Assembly (NCBI GenBank): GCA_951406725.2
Contig: OX597821.1
Coordinates: forward strand, 2,108,001 to 2,172,000
Origin: Octopus vulgaris
Taxonomy: Eukaryota
DNA length: 64,000 nucleotides
Direction: 5' to 3'
The position numbers and the translations under genes were made by a program. This document shows positions 11,237-21,915 of the stretch, one piece after another. Below the pieces are notes generated by a model. The model ran no database searches and had not been told where the DNA came from. It worked only from the letters and a program-made list of their open reading frames with translations. Positions within the stretch are counted from its first letter, which is position 1. Each line of letters opens with the position of its first letter.

Positions 11237-12459
11237 GTATAGTGGGGTAATAGTGGTGGATGGCGGTGGGTGATAGCTCGGATGTTTTTTTCCAGTTCTT
11301 TTGCTAGATTCATTATAGCTAAAAAAGTGGAAGAAGAGGTGGTTTCCTGTCTAGGGAACCGCAGGTGACTGTGGCCGCGGCTATTTTTATGTGAGTGGTT
11401 ATCTTTAAATGTCCGACGAGTCCCCGGGAGATGGGTAAAGGGGCAATCCCTGTGCAAACACAATCTGTCTCGCTGGGAATAGCGGCAGATTTGGGGATTC
11501 CTTGTTTGAGATATTGGTGGTTGTGGTGATGTTGTATTATGGTGGTTGCTGTTGTAGTTTGTGGGGATAGAGCGTTTTGTTCCAGGTAAATGGGTGAATT
11601 TGCAGTCTCTATCAGTGCACAGTCTATGGCGAAGAGAATATCGGCAAATGATGGGGTTTCGAGTGGGTGTGTAGGTGCGTGTGTGTGTGTGAGCTGTGAA
11701 AGGTGTAGATGATAGTTTGAAGTTTTGGCGACCTTTGTGACCTGTAGGAGGTAAATTCCTTGAGATAGCATTAGTAGTAGTAGCTGTAGTAGTAGTAGTA
11801 GTAGGTAGAAGAGATGTTGACGGTGGTAATGATTGAGGAGGTCGATTCCAAGACAAAGATGTTTGTCGATATATAGTGGGAGTAGTACTAGTAGTAGTAA
11901 GCAGAGGAGATGGTGTTGACAATGATGATGATTGAGCTGCTGGGGCAGTGAAAGGAAGGGGTGGTGCTTCCTGCTGTGTGACCCTGATGACTGGGGGGTC
12001 AATCGTTTCATTTAGCAAATCGGCCATTGTAGATGAATCAAGGAGTGGTTCATCCTGTTGTTGTTGTTGAGGTTGTTGTTGTTGCCTCTGAGGTTGTTGC
12101 TGCTGAAGTTGTTGTTGTTGCTGTAACTGTTGTTGTTGTTGTTGTTGTTGTTGCCGCTGAGTTTGTTGTTGTTGAGGTTGTTGTTGTTGTTGTTGCGCCG
12201 GTGATGCGTTCGAAGAGAAAACACATCTCAGTTTATCGAAGTGTTTATTTATTAATTTAAAAGCAACTTCGATTTGTTTTAATTTATTTTGGATCTGCTG
12301 TTCAGATCGAGTTTGCAAATGGTGAACTGTTCGTTTAGCAATTTCGTTCAGACACGAAGCACCTATGCTCTCTGTTTCGGTAAGGCCATGCCATGTGTTG
12401 ATAAGAACGTCGACTTCATTATCAGACAAGTTTTTGTTGGATTTTTGGTGGCTAGCCAT
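11227..12459 (-). CDS. LINE ORF1, 410 aa: N-terminal helical region, polyQ, S/T-rich linker and two C-x8-C-x4-C-x3-H zinc fingers
   Basis: Open frame directly upstream of ORF2. It contains the repeats CRYSLRHRLCTDRDCKFTH and CRYSQRDRLCLHRDCPFTH, and its stop overlaps the ORF2 ATG by 10 nt. Confidence 0.85.
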   Translation of the reverse strand: MASHQKSNKNLSDNEVDVLINTWHGLTETESIGASCLNEIAKRTVHHLQTRSEQQIQNKLKQIEVAFKLINKHFDKLRCVFSSNASPAQQQQQQPQQQQTQRQQQQQQQQQLQQQQQLQQQQPQRQQQQPQQQQQDEPLLDSSTMADLLNETIDPPVIRVTQQEAPPLPFTAPAAQSSSLSTPSPLLTTTSTTPTIYRQTSLSWNRPPQSLPPSTSLLPTTTTTTATTTNAISRNLPPTGHKGRQNFKLSSTPFTAHTHTRTYTPTRNPIICRYSLRHRLCTDRDCKFTHLPGTKRSIPTNYNSNHHNTTSPQPPISQTRNPQICRYSQRDRLCLHRDCPFTHLPGTRRTFKDNHSHKNSRGHSHLRFPRQETTSSSTFLAIMNLAKELEKNIRAITHRHPPLLPHYTCH

Positions 12460-12939
12460 TCTGGTTGATATGTTTTATTAAATTTTATTTTGTTCGTTCG
12501 TTTTGTTGATTACTTTTAATTATTATTATTATTATTATTTTTTTTTTTTAAGGAGAAGTATGTAGAATTGATTGTACAGAATGTTTGTTGTAATACTGAG
12601 AAGTTTGTATTTGAATTATGAGCTTGTAGTTATTTTATCTTTCTTTTCTTTTTTTTTTCCCTCTTTTTCTAATTTTTAATGTGTGGGTGATCCTTTAGTT
12701 ATCAGAAGGTGTTTGAAAATATTTGGTCGTTTGAAAATTATGAAAATAATTTGTGGTTAAGGAAAAGTCTACTCACGAGTTGGGAAAAAGCGTGGTTTCA
12801 AATATACAGGAATATATGTATATATGGATGCACGTGCGTGTGTGCACGTGTATGGGTACGCATGTATATGTGTATGTGCGTGTATGCGTATACGTGTATG
12901 TATGTATGTGTGTGCGTATATTTGTATATGTATGTGTGA

Positions 12940-12981
<42 letters not shown>

Positions 12982-13190
12982 ATGGGGGTGTGTGTATGCG
13001 TATAAATGCATGTAAGTATGGATGTATGGATGTATGTATGTATGTATACGTATGTATGTGTTTGTGTGTATATGTATGTATGTGTGTGTATGTGTGTATA
13101 TATATATATATATATATGTGTGTATATATGTTTGTGTATGTATATATATGTGTATGTATGTGTGTGTATATATATGTGTGTGTGTGTATG

Positions 13191-13248
<58 letters not shown>

Positions 13249-13644
13249 GGTATGTATCTGTATGTAGGAGTATATGTGTGTGTGTGTATGTATATGTGTA
13301 TATATATATATATATGTATATTTATTGGTGTATATGTATAGACTAGCCTCCTAAAGTGTAGACACGAATCTGTAGGTACGAGTACGTATGTGTATATACG
13401 TGAACGTATGTAGATGTTTGTATGTATGAATATAACGCGTGCGTACGTGTATGTGTATGAGTGTACGAATGGGTGAATGTACGTGCTAATGAGTGGGCGT
13501 GCGGGAATGAGTACTTGCCTTCTAGTAGACAGACAAATGGACATGCTGCCATAGCCAGGATCCTTAGCTCTAGCGATCAAAGATAACAAAAGTAATAAAT
13601 GAAGATAATAAAATTAAAATTAGGGAATGGGCCTGTATTGGATT

Positions 13645-13676
<32 letters not shown>

Positions 13677-13791
13677 GTATGTATGTGTGTATGTGTAGGT
13701 ATGTATAGGTACACATGTGTATGTGTGTGTGTATGTATATGTGTATATGTATGTATGTGCACACATGTATATATATGTATGCGTGTATATG

Positions 13792-13824
<33 letters not shown>

Positions 13825-14123
13825 GTACATATGTGTATGTGGGTGTATGTATATATAGGTGTAAATATGTGTATATAGGGAACTAGGTGTGTTGTGTGTG
13901 CATGAGTGTATGTGCGTATGAATATATTTTTTCTGTGTATATATGTATGTGTGGTCGTGTGTATATATATACATGTGTGTATGCGTGCATGCATGGGAGT
14001 GAGTGTATGCATATATACGTGTGTGTATGTGTAGACAGGTATATGCATGTGCATGTGTATAAATTTGTATATGTGGGCGGGTGTATGTATGTGTGTATGT
14101 AGATATGTATGTATATGTGTATA

Positions 14124-14185
<62 letters not shown>

Positions 14186-14540
14186 TATATATATGTGTGC
14201 AGATATGCATACATATGTGTATAGGTATAAGTGAGAATCTCCTTATTTACCTATAACTCTATCCCCCCTTTTTTTATATATATATTTTTTTATATATATA
14301 TTTTTTATATATTTTTTTATTTTTTTATTTTTTTATTTTTTTATTTTTTTATTGTTTTATTTTTTTATTTTATTATTTTATTTTTTTATTTATCTATTCT
14401 TTCATCTAACTTACCACTGACTCCTTGACCACTCCCCCAAGTATGATATTTTGCGCTATGCCTACCCCCAAAATAGTCCCCCACCACCACTCCTTTAAAC
14501 CTGCCTAAATGTATAAATGCTAATACAATTCTTGTTAAAT

Positions 14541-14591
14541 AGCTTCCTGAAGATTTCTCTTGAATGAAACAGTACTAGTCCTGTAGAAGCT
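14541..14591 (+). ncRNA. Type I hammerhead ribozyme motif (second copy, inverted arm)
   Basis: agcttcCTGAAGAtttctcttgaatGAAAcagtactagtcctgTAgaagct is the exact reverse complement of 1873-1923. Confidence 0.8.
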
Positions 14592-14613
14592 CCTTCTATA
14601 TAATAAATAAAAT

Positions 14614-14710
<97 letters not shown>

Positions 14711-14718
14711 GTATACGT

Positions 14719-14790
<72 letters not shown>

Positions 14791-14949
14791 ATATATATCA
14801 TCGTGAGAGCTTAACACCGCATTGATGGATAAAGATTCTTTATTCGTGCTTTCATAGTAGAATTGGTTACATATTAAGGAAATATCACAACATCTTAACA
14901 ATGAGGAATGGTGTTACTCTTCGTTTCAACCCAAAATCAGACCGATGAT

Positions 14950-15430
14950 AGATTTAATACACAAATAAAGGATCGTTTGCCGTCGTTCTCATTCTTCAAC
15001 ATTTACGGAAAATCTCTAAAGACGGACGAATTTTAATCAAAACTTTTGTCAGTAATATATGCCGGAGGTAATTAAAATTTTCATCTTGTATTTAAGTACC
15101 TGACTAAGTACCATCCTTCTACGAAGAGGCTTTAGCAAGAAGTGGATCTTAAGAGATACTGCAATGTGTGCCTACTAACCCGTATCCAAACGTTACTAAG
15201 ATAAAACTGAAAAGGGAACGTCATCCAATTCAACTCATTCTTCAATCTAAAATTTACAACGAATTTAGCATGCTCCTTCATGACAGTCAGTTCTAAGAGA
15301 ATAGAAATGGCAGACTATTGAAGGCGAGTTCGAAATTGAACTACGCCTGTACAAATCACTTAAAGAAAACGTCACAATCAATACGCAACATTCCTATTAT
15401 CAAGTAACACACAGAGGCAAATTCATATAA
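14950..15430 (+). pseudogene. Old PLE RT-thumb relic
   Basis: Fragments PSFYEEALARSG, NVIQFNSFFNLKFTTNL and LNYACTNHL align by eye with APYYNEALARSG, HISWYNPPF and LSYSTTPNL of the young PLE. Confidence 0.55.
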
Positions 15431-15451
15431 CAGCACGAGGACAAAACAATC

Positions 15452-15812
15452 TCTTTTCTACTCTAGGCACAAGGCCTGAAATTATTGGGGAGCGGACAGT
15501 CGATTAGACCGACTCCAGTACGCAACTGGTACTTAATTTATCGACCCCGAAAAGATGAAAGGCAAAGTCAACCCCGGCGGAATTTGAACTCAGAACGTAA
15601 AGACAGACGAAATACCTATTTCTTTTCTACCCACAAGGGCTAAACACAGAGGACAAACAAGGACAAACAAACGGATTAAGTAAATTATATCGAACCCATT
15701 GCATAACTGGTACTTATTTAATCGACCTCGAAATTTATACTCAGAACGAAGCGGCGGACGAAATACCGCTGAGCATTTTGCCCGGCATGTTAACGATTCT
15801 GTCAGCTCACCG
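15452..15812 (-). mobile_element. SINE family B (two partial copies in tandem)
   Basis: Reverse complement of the 18070 element core ...cgttctgagttcaaat...tttcatcctttcggggtcgataaattaagtaccagtt. Confidence 0.75.
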
Positions 15813-16019
15813 CATTAAGGACAAAACAATCTCGTTGCACGGAAAGCAACGCTGTCTTGAATTGCACAAGCTAAAGCTCAAGCAGATAAACGTACGCACA
15901 CACGTACGCACACACACACACACACACATGTTCTGTCACCCTATTGATGCTGATACTCTTCTGTTAATCGTCACTCTTTAGTTGACATTTGTGGGTTGAA
16001 AGATATGTATGTTGCTGCC

Positions 16020-16400
16020 ATCAGTCGTATTTTCTGCCACGAATAAGGGTTGCCTGTAATTCTAGACAAAATAGGTTCCGTCCACCATTTAGATTTGCTA
16101 ATTTCTTTTGTAGAATACTGAAAAACTGTCGGTCTTTGGAAACTAAACCATTGCAGTGTCTGCTGTTCACTTTGGATGGTGTGGATGGAATATTTGGCAT
16201 TACGCAGTGGAGCTCTTTTCGAGGATCATCATCGATTTCGTTGCCAATGTTTGGTGCATGTTTTCTATATATTTCAGACATATATTACTGCATATATTTC
16301 TCGTTTTCACTCTAGTGAATAGAATTTTATTTTTCCCAGTCTCTCCCAATTGCTGATCTGTATCATTGAGAAAATCGTCTTTGTGTAGTAGACTTTAAAC
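16020..16400 (-). pseudogene. CR1-group LINE ORF2 3' relic
   Basis: Translates as SNWERLGKIKFYSLE*KREIYAVIY and CVMPNIPSTPSKVNSRHCNGL. This parallels YWGRLEKLKLYSLQRRRERYII of the intact LINE and the relic at ~29940. Confidence 0.65.
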
Positions 16401-16449
16401 AGTAGTTCCTCTTTTAAATTGAAACTATATGTTAAATGAGCGTGAATAG

Positions 16450-16531
<82 letters not shown>

Positions 16532-16810
16532 AATTAATAAATAAAATAAAACATATGCATATATACATACATATATGTACGTACCTGCCTCTACATGTAT
16601 ATATACATGCATATATGGGTACAGGACACCAAAAAAAAATACATCGAACACAATGAGAAACGAAAACATAAGCACAAAACCAAGAAACAGCGAAAAAATA
16701 GGGTACAGGACAAATAATACAAGGAAAATTCCCATTCTTCAGTCGCCATGGTTTCATCTACTCTGCGTTTCGAAGGTGAAGGCGAGACGCATCTTCGATT
16801 GAAACTTTTG

Positions 16811-17221
16811 CCTGTGTGGTAAGTAGCTTGCTTACCAGTCACATGGTTACGGTTTCAGTCCCACTGCGTGGCACATAGGGCAAGGGTCTTCTACTATAGC
16901 CTCGGGCAAACCAAAGCCTTGTGAGTGGATTTGGTAGACGGAAACCGAAAGAAGCCCGTCGTCTATATGTATGTATATATATATATATATATGTGTATGT
17001 GTGTGTATGTGTTCGTTTGTCTGTGTTTGGCCCCCCCAACATCGCTTGACGACTGATGCTGGTGAGCTTACGTCCCCGTAACTTAGAGGTTCGGCAAAAG
17101 AGACCGATAGAATAAGTACTAGGCTTCCCAAAAATAAGTCCTGGGATCGATTTGATTGACTAAAGGCGGTGCTCCAGTATGGCCGCAGTCACATGACTGA
17201 AGCAAGTAAAATAGTAAAAGA

Positions 17222-17223
<2 letters not shown>
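16811..17223 (+). mobile_element. SINE family A
   Basis: Same body and tail as 1237-1622; the first ~10 nt are missing. Confidence 0.85.
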
Positions 17224-17260
<37 letters not shown>

Positions 17261-17267
<7 letters not shown>

Positions 17268-17704
17268 ATATTACGGAATGGTCATTTACCCAGTTTAGCC
17301 AATAAAAACACACACACTATATATTTGGTGATAATTTTACTTCAGTGTTATTTATTTTTTACATTAATCTTAATCTTATTTCGGCCAGGGTTCTTTCGTC
17401 ACACTCCTGTGACCGCATCAGTGGTCCTTTGTTTTCTTCTTTCTTATTTGTGTCTCTCCTTACTAACCGTCAGCCATTTATATATACTATAGAAATACAT
17501 TTCTATAGTATATATATAGTAAAGAGAGACACAAATAAGAAAGAAGAAAACAAAGGACCACTGATGCGGTCACAGGAGTGTGACGAAAGAACCCTGGCCG
17601 AAATAAGATTAAGATTAATGTAAAAATTAAAAAACACCAAATATATAGTGCGTGTGTTTTTATTGGCTAAACTGGCAAAATGACCATTCCGAAATATAAC
17701 AATA
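17261..17704. repeat. Near-perfect ~440 bp palindrome (fold-back element)
   Basis: tattgttatattacggaatggtcatt... is inverted against ...aatgaccattccgaaatataacaata. The arms of about 200 bp meet near 17490. Confidence 0.88.
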
Positions 17705-17777
17705 TCTGTTTTAACACACGACTTCACATAAAAAATCTTGCACAACAAATATTTATACGTATATATATATATATATA

Positions 17778-17813
<36 letters not shown>

Positions 17814-18028
17814 ATGAAGGATACAATTTTTTTTTCGAAAAATTTTTTTTCCAAAAAATTTTATCAATGGCCAGCATATTAAAAAATACCTTTAAATGTT
17901 AAATTTATAAACAATTCCTAAATAATTCTATAATTCTAAAAATAATTCTAAAAAATTCCATTATCACCATATCGGACCGATTTCAGGGTTAACAGCCTTC
18001 TCTTCCTTTCGTTTGCCCTTATTTAGGA

Positions 18029-18065
<37 letters not shown>

Positions 18066-18069
18066 ATAA

Positions 18070-18272
18070 GGCGGCGAGCTGGCAGAAACGTTAGCACGCC
18101 GGGAGAAATGCTTAACGGTATTTCGTCTGCCGTTACGTTCTGAGTTCAAATTTCATCCTTTCGGGGTCGATAAATTAAGTACCAGTTACACACTGGGGTC
18201 GATATAATCGACTTAATCCGTTTGTCCTTGTTTGTCCTCTCTGTGTTTAGCCCCTTGTGGATAGTAAAGAAA
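18070..18272 (+). mobile_element. SINE family B
   Basis: Head ggcggcgagctggcagaaacgttagcacg, B-box-like gagttcaaat, and the conserved central motif tttcatcctttcggggtcgataaattaagtaccag. Confidence 0.8.
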
Positions 18273-19361
18273 TAATATATGCATGTATACATTCCCGGTC
18301 ACACACATATATAAACACATTCATATAAATACATTCGTGAATAATAGAGTCGTCCTGTAAGTTACTGACCGGTAAGTCATTGCTTTACTTTAGTATAAGA
18401 TTTCAATATAAAGACAAACTACGACAATAATATTCATATATCCCAATCATTATTTTCAAATATATCAAAGAAAAGACATGTAGTAATCGTGCTGAAGCCT
18501 TGTAATCTCTTTATTTTCTAAAAAAAAAAACAGCTTTACAATAATTAAAATATTTTTATAGAAACCTTATAAGGTAGCTTTTTAAGAAATAATCCTTTGA
18601 GACAAACAGGCAGATAAAATATTTCTACGCTTCATAATAAATATGTTAATATTCAGAAAATGACGCCTTTCTCCTTTAAAAAGTGTATGATGCAATTATT
18701 TCTAGAGTACCATTTCTGTGAAATATTCCCTTAGTGGTTTCTAAAAAACGGATGGAATAAAAGATAGAAAACGAAGTAAGAATAAAATAAAAGTAACATG
18801 GCGATATGATTTATATCAGAAATTAATTCTGGCATTGATATATTTGATATTTTTGAAATTGCATTCGTCATCTTACAGCCAAATTCTATTAGCACACATG
18901 GTGTGTATGTGCTTCGAAAATAAATAGATATATAAATAGGTGGCTGTAGATAAAAGAGTAAACGGACTGTGTAATAGATTAACAAATAGAGTGAGTTATA
19001 TTAGATTTGATTGATAGATAAAGAGATCTATGCTAATAAAATTGCTTCAATGATAGAGGGGGTGGTCGCGATATGCGATACGTGAACAGAGCGTTAGGTG
19101 AAATGATTTAGGTTAAGTCGAAGAGACAGTTACGCCGGCGTATGTGTTTACTTGTGTGTGCTTATGTGTGTGTGTGCGTGTGTGTGTGTCTGTGCAACTG
19201 TGTGAGAAAGGGCCTCTATGGACATATGTATATTTATATATGAATAAATATGTATGTAAATATATGTATATCTACATATCAATATGTATATATTTATGTA
19301 TCTAGGTATCTATATACCTATCATTGTTTCTATATAATATATATATATGGAACAATAGATT

Positions 19362-19425
<64 letters not shown>

Positions 19426-19454
19426 GAAAGCTCAGATAAAACTTAGTTATGTTT

Positions 19455-19500
19455 CCACCAGAAATTGGTCCAGGTCATGTCTAACTTAATAGCACCACCT
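19455..19500 (-). mobile_element. Extreme 3' stub of the LINE family at 8131-12816
   Basis: ttggtccaggtcatgtctaacttaatagcaccacct matches 8167-8202 (ttggcccaggccatgtctaacttaatagcaccacct). Confidence 0.7.
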
Positions 19501-20057
19501 TATAAGATTATCTAAATCCTGTTTAAGTCAAATTTTGTTTATGGTCTATTCAAGTAGTGATGTATGCATATATAAACATATATGTGTGTGTCTGTGTATG
19601 GATGTATGTTTACGTATGGCAGCGCCTTTAGTCTTACTGGTCATCGGTCAATACTTGACACCCCACACGTGCGTTATAAAATTATATCTACTTCAGGATA
19701 GATAAACATTTTTTTAGATGAAATTATTATGTTTTGCATATCTAAAGGCAAAATTATGATTTTATTCTTATACACACAGTTTCATTAAGTGTTGACAAGT
19801 ATATAAATCTACTCTTTCTAACGCACCGGTAAAAACCACTTCAGAGGGATCGTTACAATGCCTGTATAAAAGTAAGATAAAATGTAATAGCAATTCTTTT
19901 GATTACTCTACTGGAATTAAATACTTGAATCGATAGGAAACGTAAGAATGACAGTTTGATTTCAGTCACGTTAAGTGGCATCTTGGTCGAATTCCTCTTA
20001 CTGTAGCGCTGGACCCATCAATTCTCATGGCTAGACGAAAACTATAAGAAACCCATC

Positions 20058-20093
<36 letters not shown>

Positions 20094-20242
20094 CTCGATA
20101 AATTTTGAGCGTTAGACTATATACCAGAAATCCCTAGTTTGTCGGGTACGTTCTGCGTCTGCGCAGTGATCTGATTAGATAGAAAGAGCAAATCAGTAGA
20201 CGCACATGTGTCTATGGAGGTGCGATCTCAAAATAACAGGAA

Positions 20243-20315
20243 TCTTACTGAAGAGCCTACCTGAGTAAATAAATATTATTTTTATTGATGAAATAGGCGA
20301 AACTGCAGTCTAAGA
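20243..20315 (+). ncRNA. Minimal type I hammerhead ribozyme motif
   Basis: tctta-CTGAAGA-gccta...taggc-GAAAC-tgca-GTC-taaga has a complete core, a GUC triplet and a palindromic stem III (ACTGCAGT). Confidence 0.8.
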
Positions 20316-20481
20316 AGAACCGAGTTAGTAAAAGTTTTTATTTTCATTTCACTAAATTTATCAAGCTTCTGTGTATCTAGTACATACTTCGCCTTTAATG
20401 TACTTATATATGAATAATATATGGCCTGTGCTAGAAACACCAGCGATAATAATTAATTTTATTTTATCGCATTCTGACTTT

Positions 20482-20540
<59 letters not shown>

Positions 20541-20629
20541 ATTGGTGTTTTAGCATGGCTGCAGTCAAATGACTGAAAGAAGTAAGATAACACACACACA
20601 CACATTTATTTATATATATGCACACACAT

Positions 20630-20722
20630 AGCTCGGCGGAATTAGAACTCACATCGTAAAATCAGGCGAAATGTCGCTATGCAGTTTTGCTCGGCGCGTT
20701 AACGATTCTGCCAGCTCATCAC
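20630..20722 (-). mobile_element. SINE family B head, degraded
   Basis: ...cggcgcgttaacgattctgccagctcatcacc is the reverse complement of the family B head. Confidence 0.55.
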
Positions 20723-20949
20723 CTTTGACGATGATGATGAATATGATGATAATGATGATAATGATGATAATAAAAATAATAATAGTAATAATAATAATGA
20801 TAATGGTAACAACAATAAATGATTATAACTAATTAAGTAAATAATTAAACAAGAACCGTAAGAGCCGAAGTCCTCCCAAATTGAGTGCTTTCTTTTATTG
20901 TTCTGTTGGAAAAGAGATGATATGGTATAAACAACAGCAACAAAAACAG

Positions 20950-21445
20950 CTACAGTACAATGTCTACGTAATTCGTCGCTGACGCCTCTCCTCGTGCCCC
21001 AGTTGGGTTCATCTGGTGCATCCATTGTTCTCGGGCGTTGATTGCATGGTCTTGGTTGGAGTTGACATCATTTTGCTTTTTCTTCAGTCTGTCTCCTCTT
21101 CTCCAAAACTGAACCGCCGAAATGGATTACTCTTCGCCAGAAAGGACCGTCGGCGGATTTTGTTTCCCAGGTGTTTGAGCTGATGCCGGCTTGAAGGAGA
21201 CAAAACTTCAGTTGGTCTTTGAAACTGCGTTTAGGGGCTCCTCGATCTCGTTTACCATTGAAGAGCTTGCTGTCGAGGATGGTTCGCGGGAGTCTTTAGG
21301 AGGCATTCCGACGACATATCCGGACACGTGAGGCGATTGATTGAGGATAGTAGCTTCAATGCTCGGCATTTCTGAGCGATTTAGGAATTTGTTGATGATG
21401 CACCGGTACTGCTTTTTGATGTCGAGAATTTTCCGAAGTTTGGCT
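20950..21445 (-). pseudogene. RTE-clade LINE 3' relic
   Basis: HFQQAKLRKILDIK...LNRSEMPSIEATIL resembles the post-RT region of RTE/BovB-type elements (LRKIL.I.W...L.R..MPSIE..L). It is frameshifted downstream. Confidence 0.7.
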
Positions 21446-21459
21446 TGCTGGAAATGTTC

Positions 21460-21703
21460 TTTTACTCTTTTACTTGTTTCAGTCATGTGACTGTGGCCAT
21501 GCTGAAGCACCGCCTTCAGTCGAGCAAATCAACCCCAGGACTTATTCTTTGGAAGCCTAGTACTTATTCTATCGGTCTCTTTTGCCGAAACGCTAATTAC
21601 GGGGTCGTAAACACACCAGCATCTGTTGTCTGGCGATGTTGGCAGTGGGACAAACACAGACACACAAACATATACACACACAAACACACACACACACATA
21701 TAC

Positions 21704-21744
<41 letters not shown>

Positions 21745-21915
21745 CATATATACGATGGGGATCTTTCAGTTTCCGTCTACCAAATCCACTCACAAGGCTT
21801 TGGTCGGCGCGAGGTTATAATATAAGACACTTGCCCAAGGTGCTACGCAGTGAGACTGAACTCGGAACTATGTGGTTCGTAAGTAAGCTACTTACCACAC
21901 AGCCACTCCTGCGCC
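21460..21915 (-). mobile_element. SINE family A
   Basis: Full reverse-complement copy ending ...cacagccactcctgcgcc. Confidence 0.85.

Larger units (their letters stand above)
8131..12816 (-). mobile_element. Full-length non-LTR retrotransposon (CR1-group LINE)
   Basis: Has a ~350 bp 5' UTR, ORF1, ORF2 and a short 3' UTR ending in tandem (TTCTAAGTTA)2. The flanks rejoin to restore the arm sequence gtgtgtatata|tatggatgcacg seen uninterrupted at ~3595-3625. Confidence 0.92.
1790..14608 (-). mobile_element. Penelope-like retroelement, 5'-truncated, with long inverted pseudo-LTR arms (interrupted by a LINE)
   Basis: A minus-strand RT plus GIY-YIG ORF at 5272-6521 lies between inverted arms 1856-5176 and 6522-14608 (excluding the LINE at 8131-12816). 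Both outer ends abut (TA)n tracts and both arms carry a hammerhead motif. Confidence 0.85.
6522..14608 (+). repeat. Right arm (inverted pseudo-LTR copy), split into 6522-8130 and 12817-14608 by the LINE
   Basis: 6522 atagaaatgcatgggtacag is the reverse complement of the sequence ending at 5176, and 14401-14608 is the reverse complement of 1856-2063. Confidence 0.92.
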
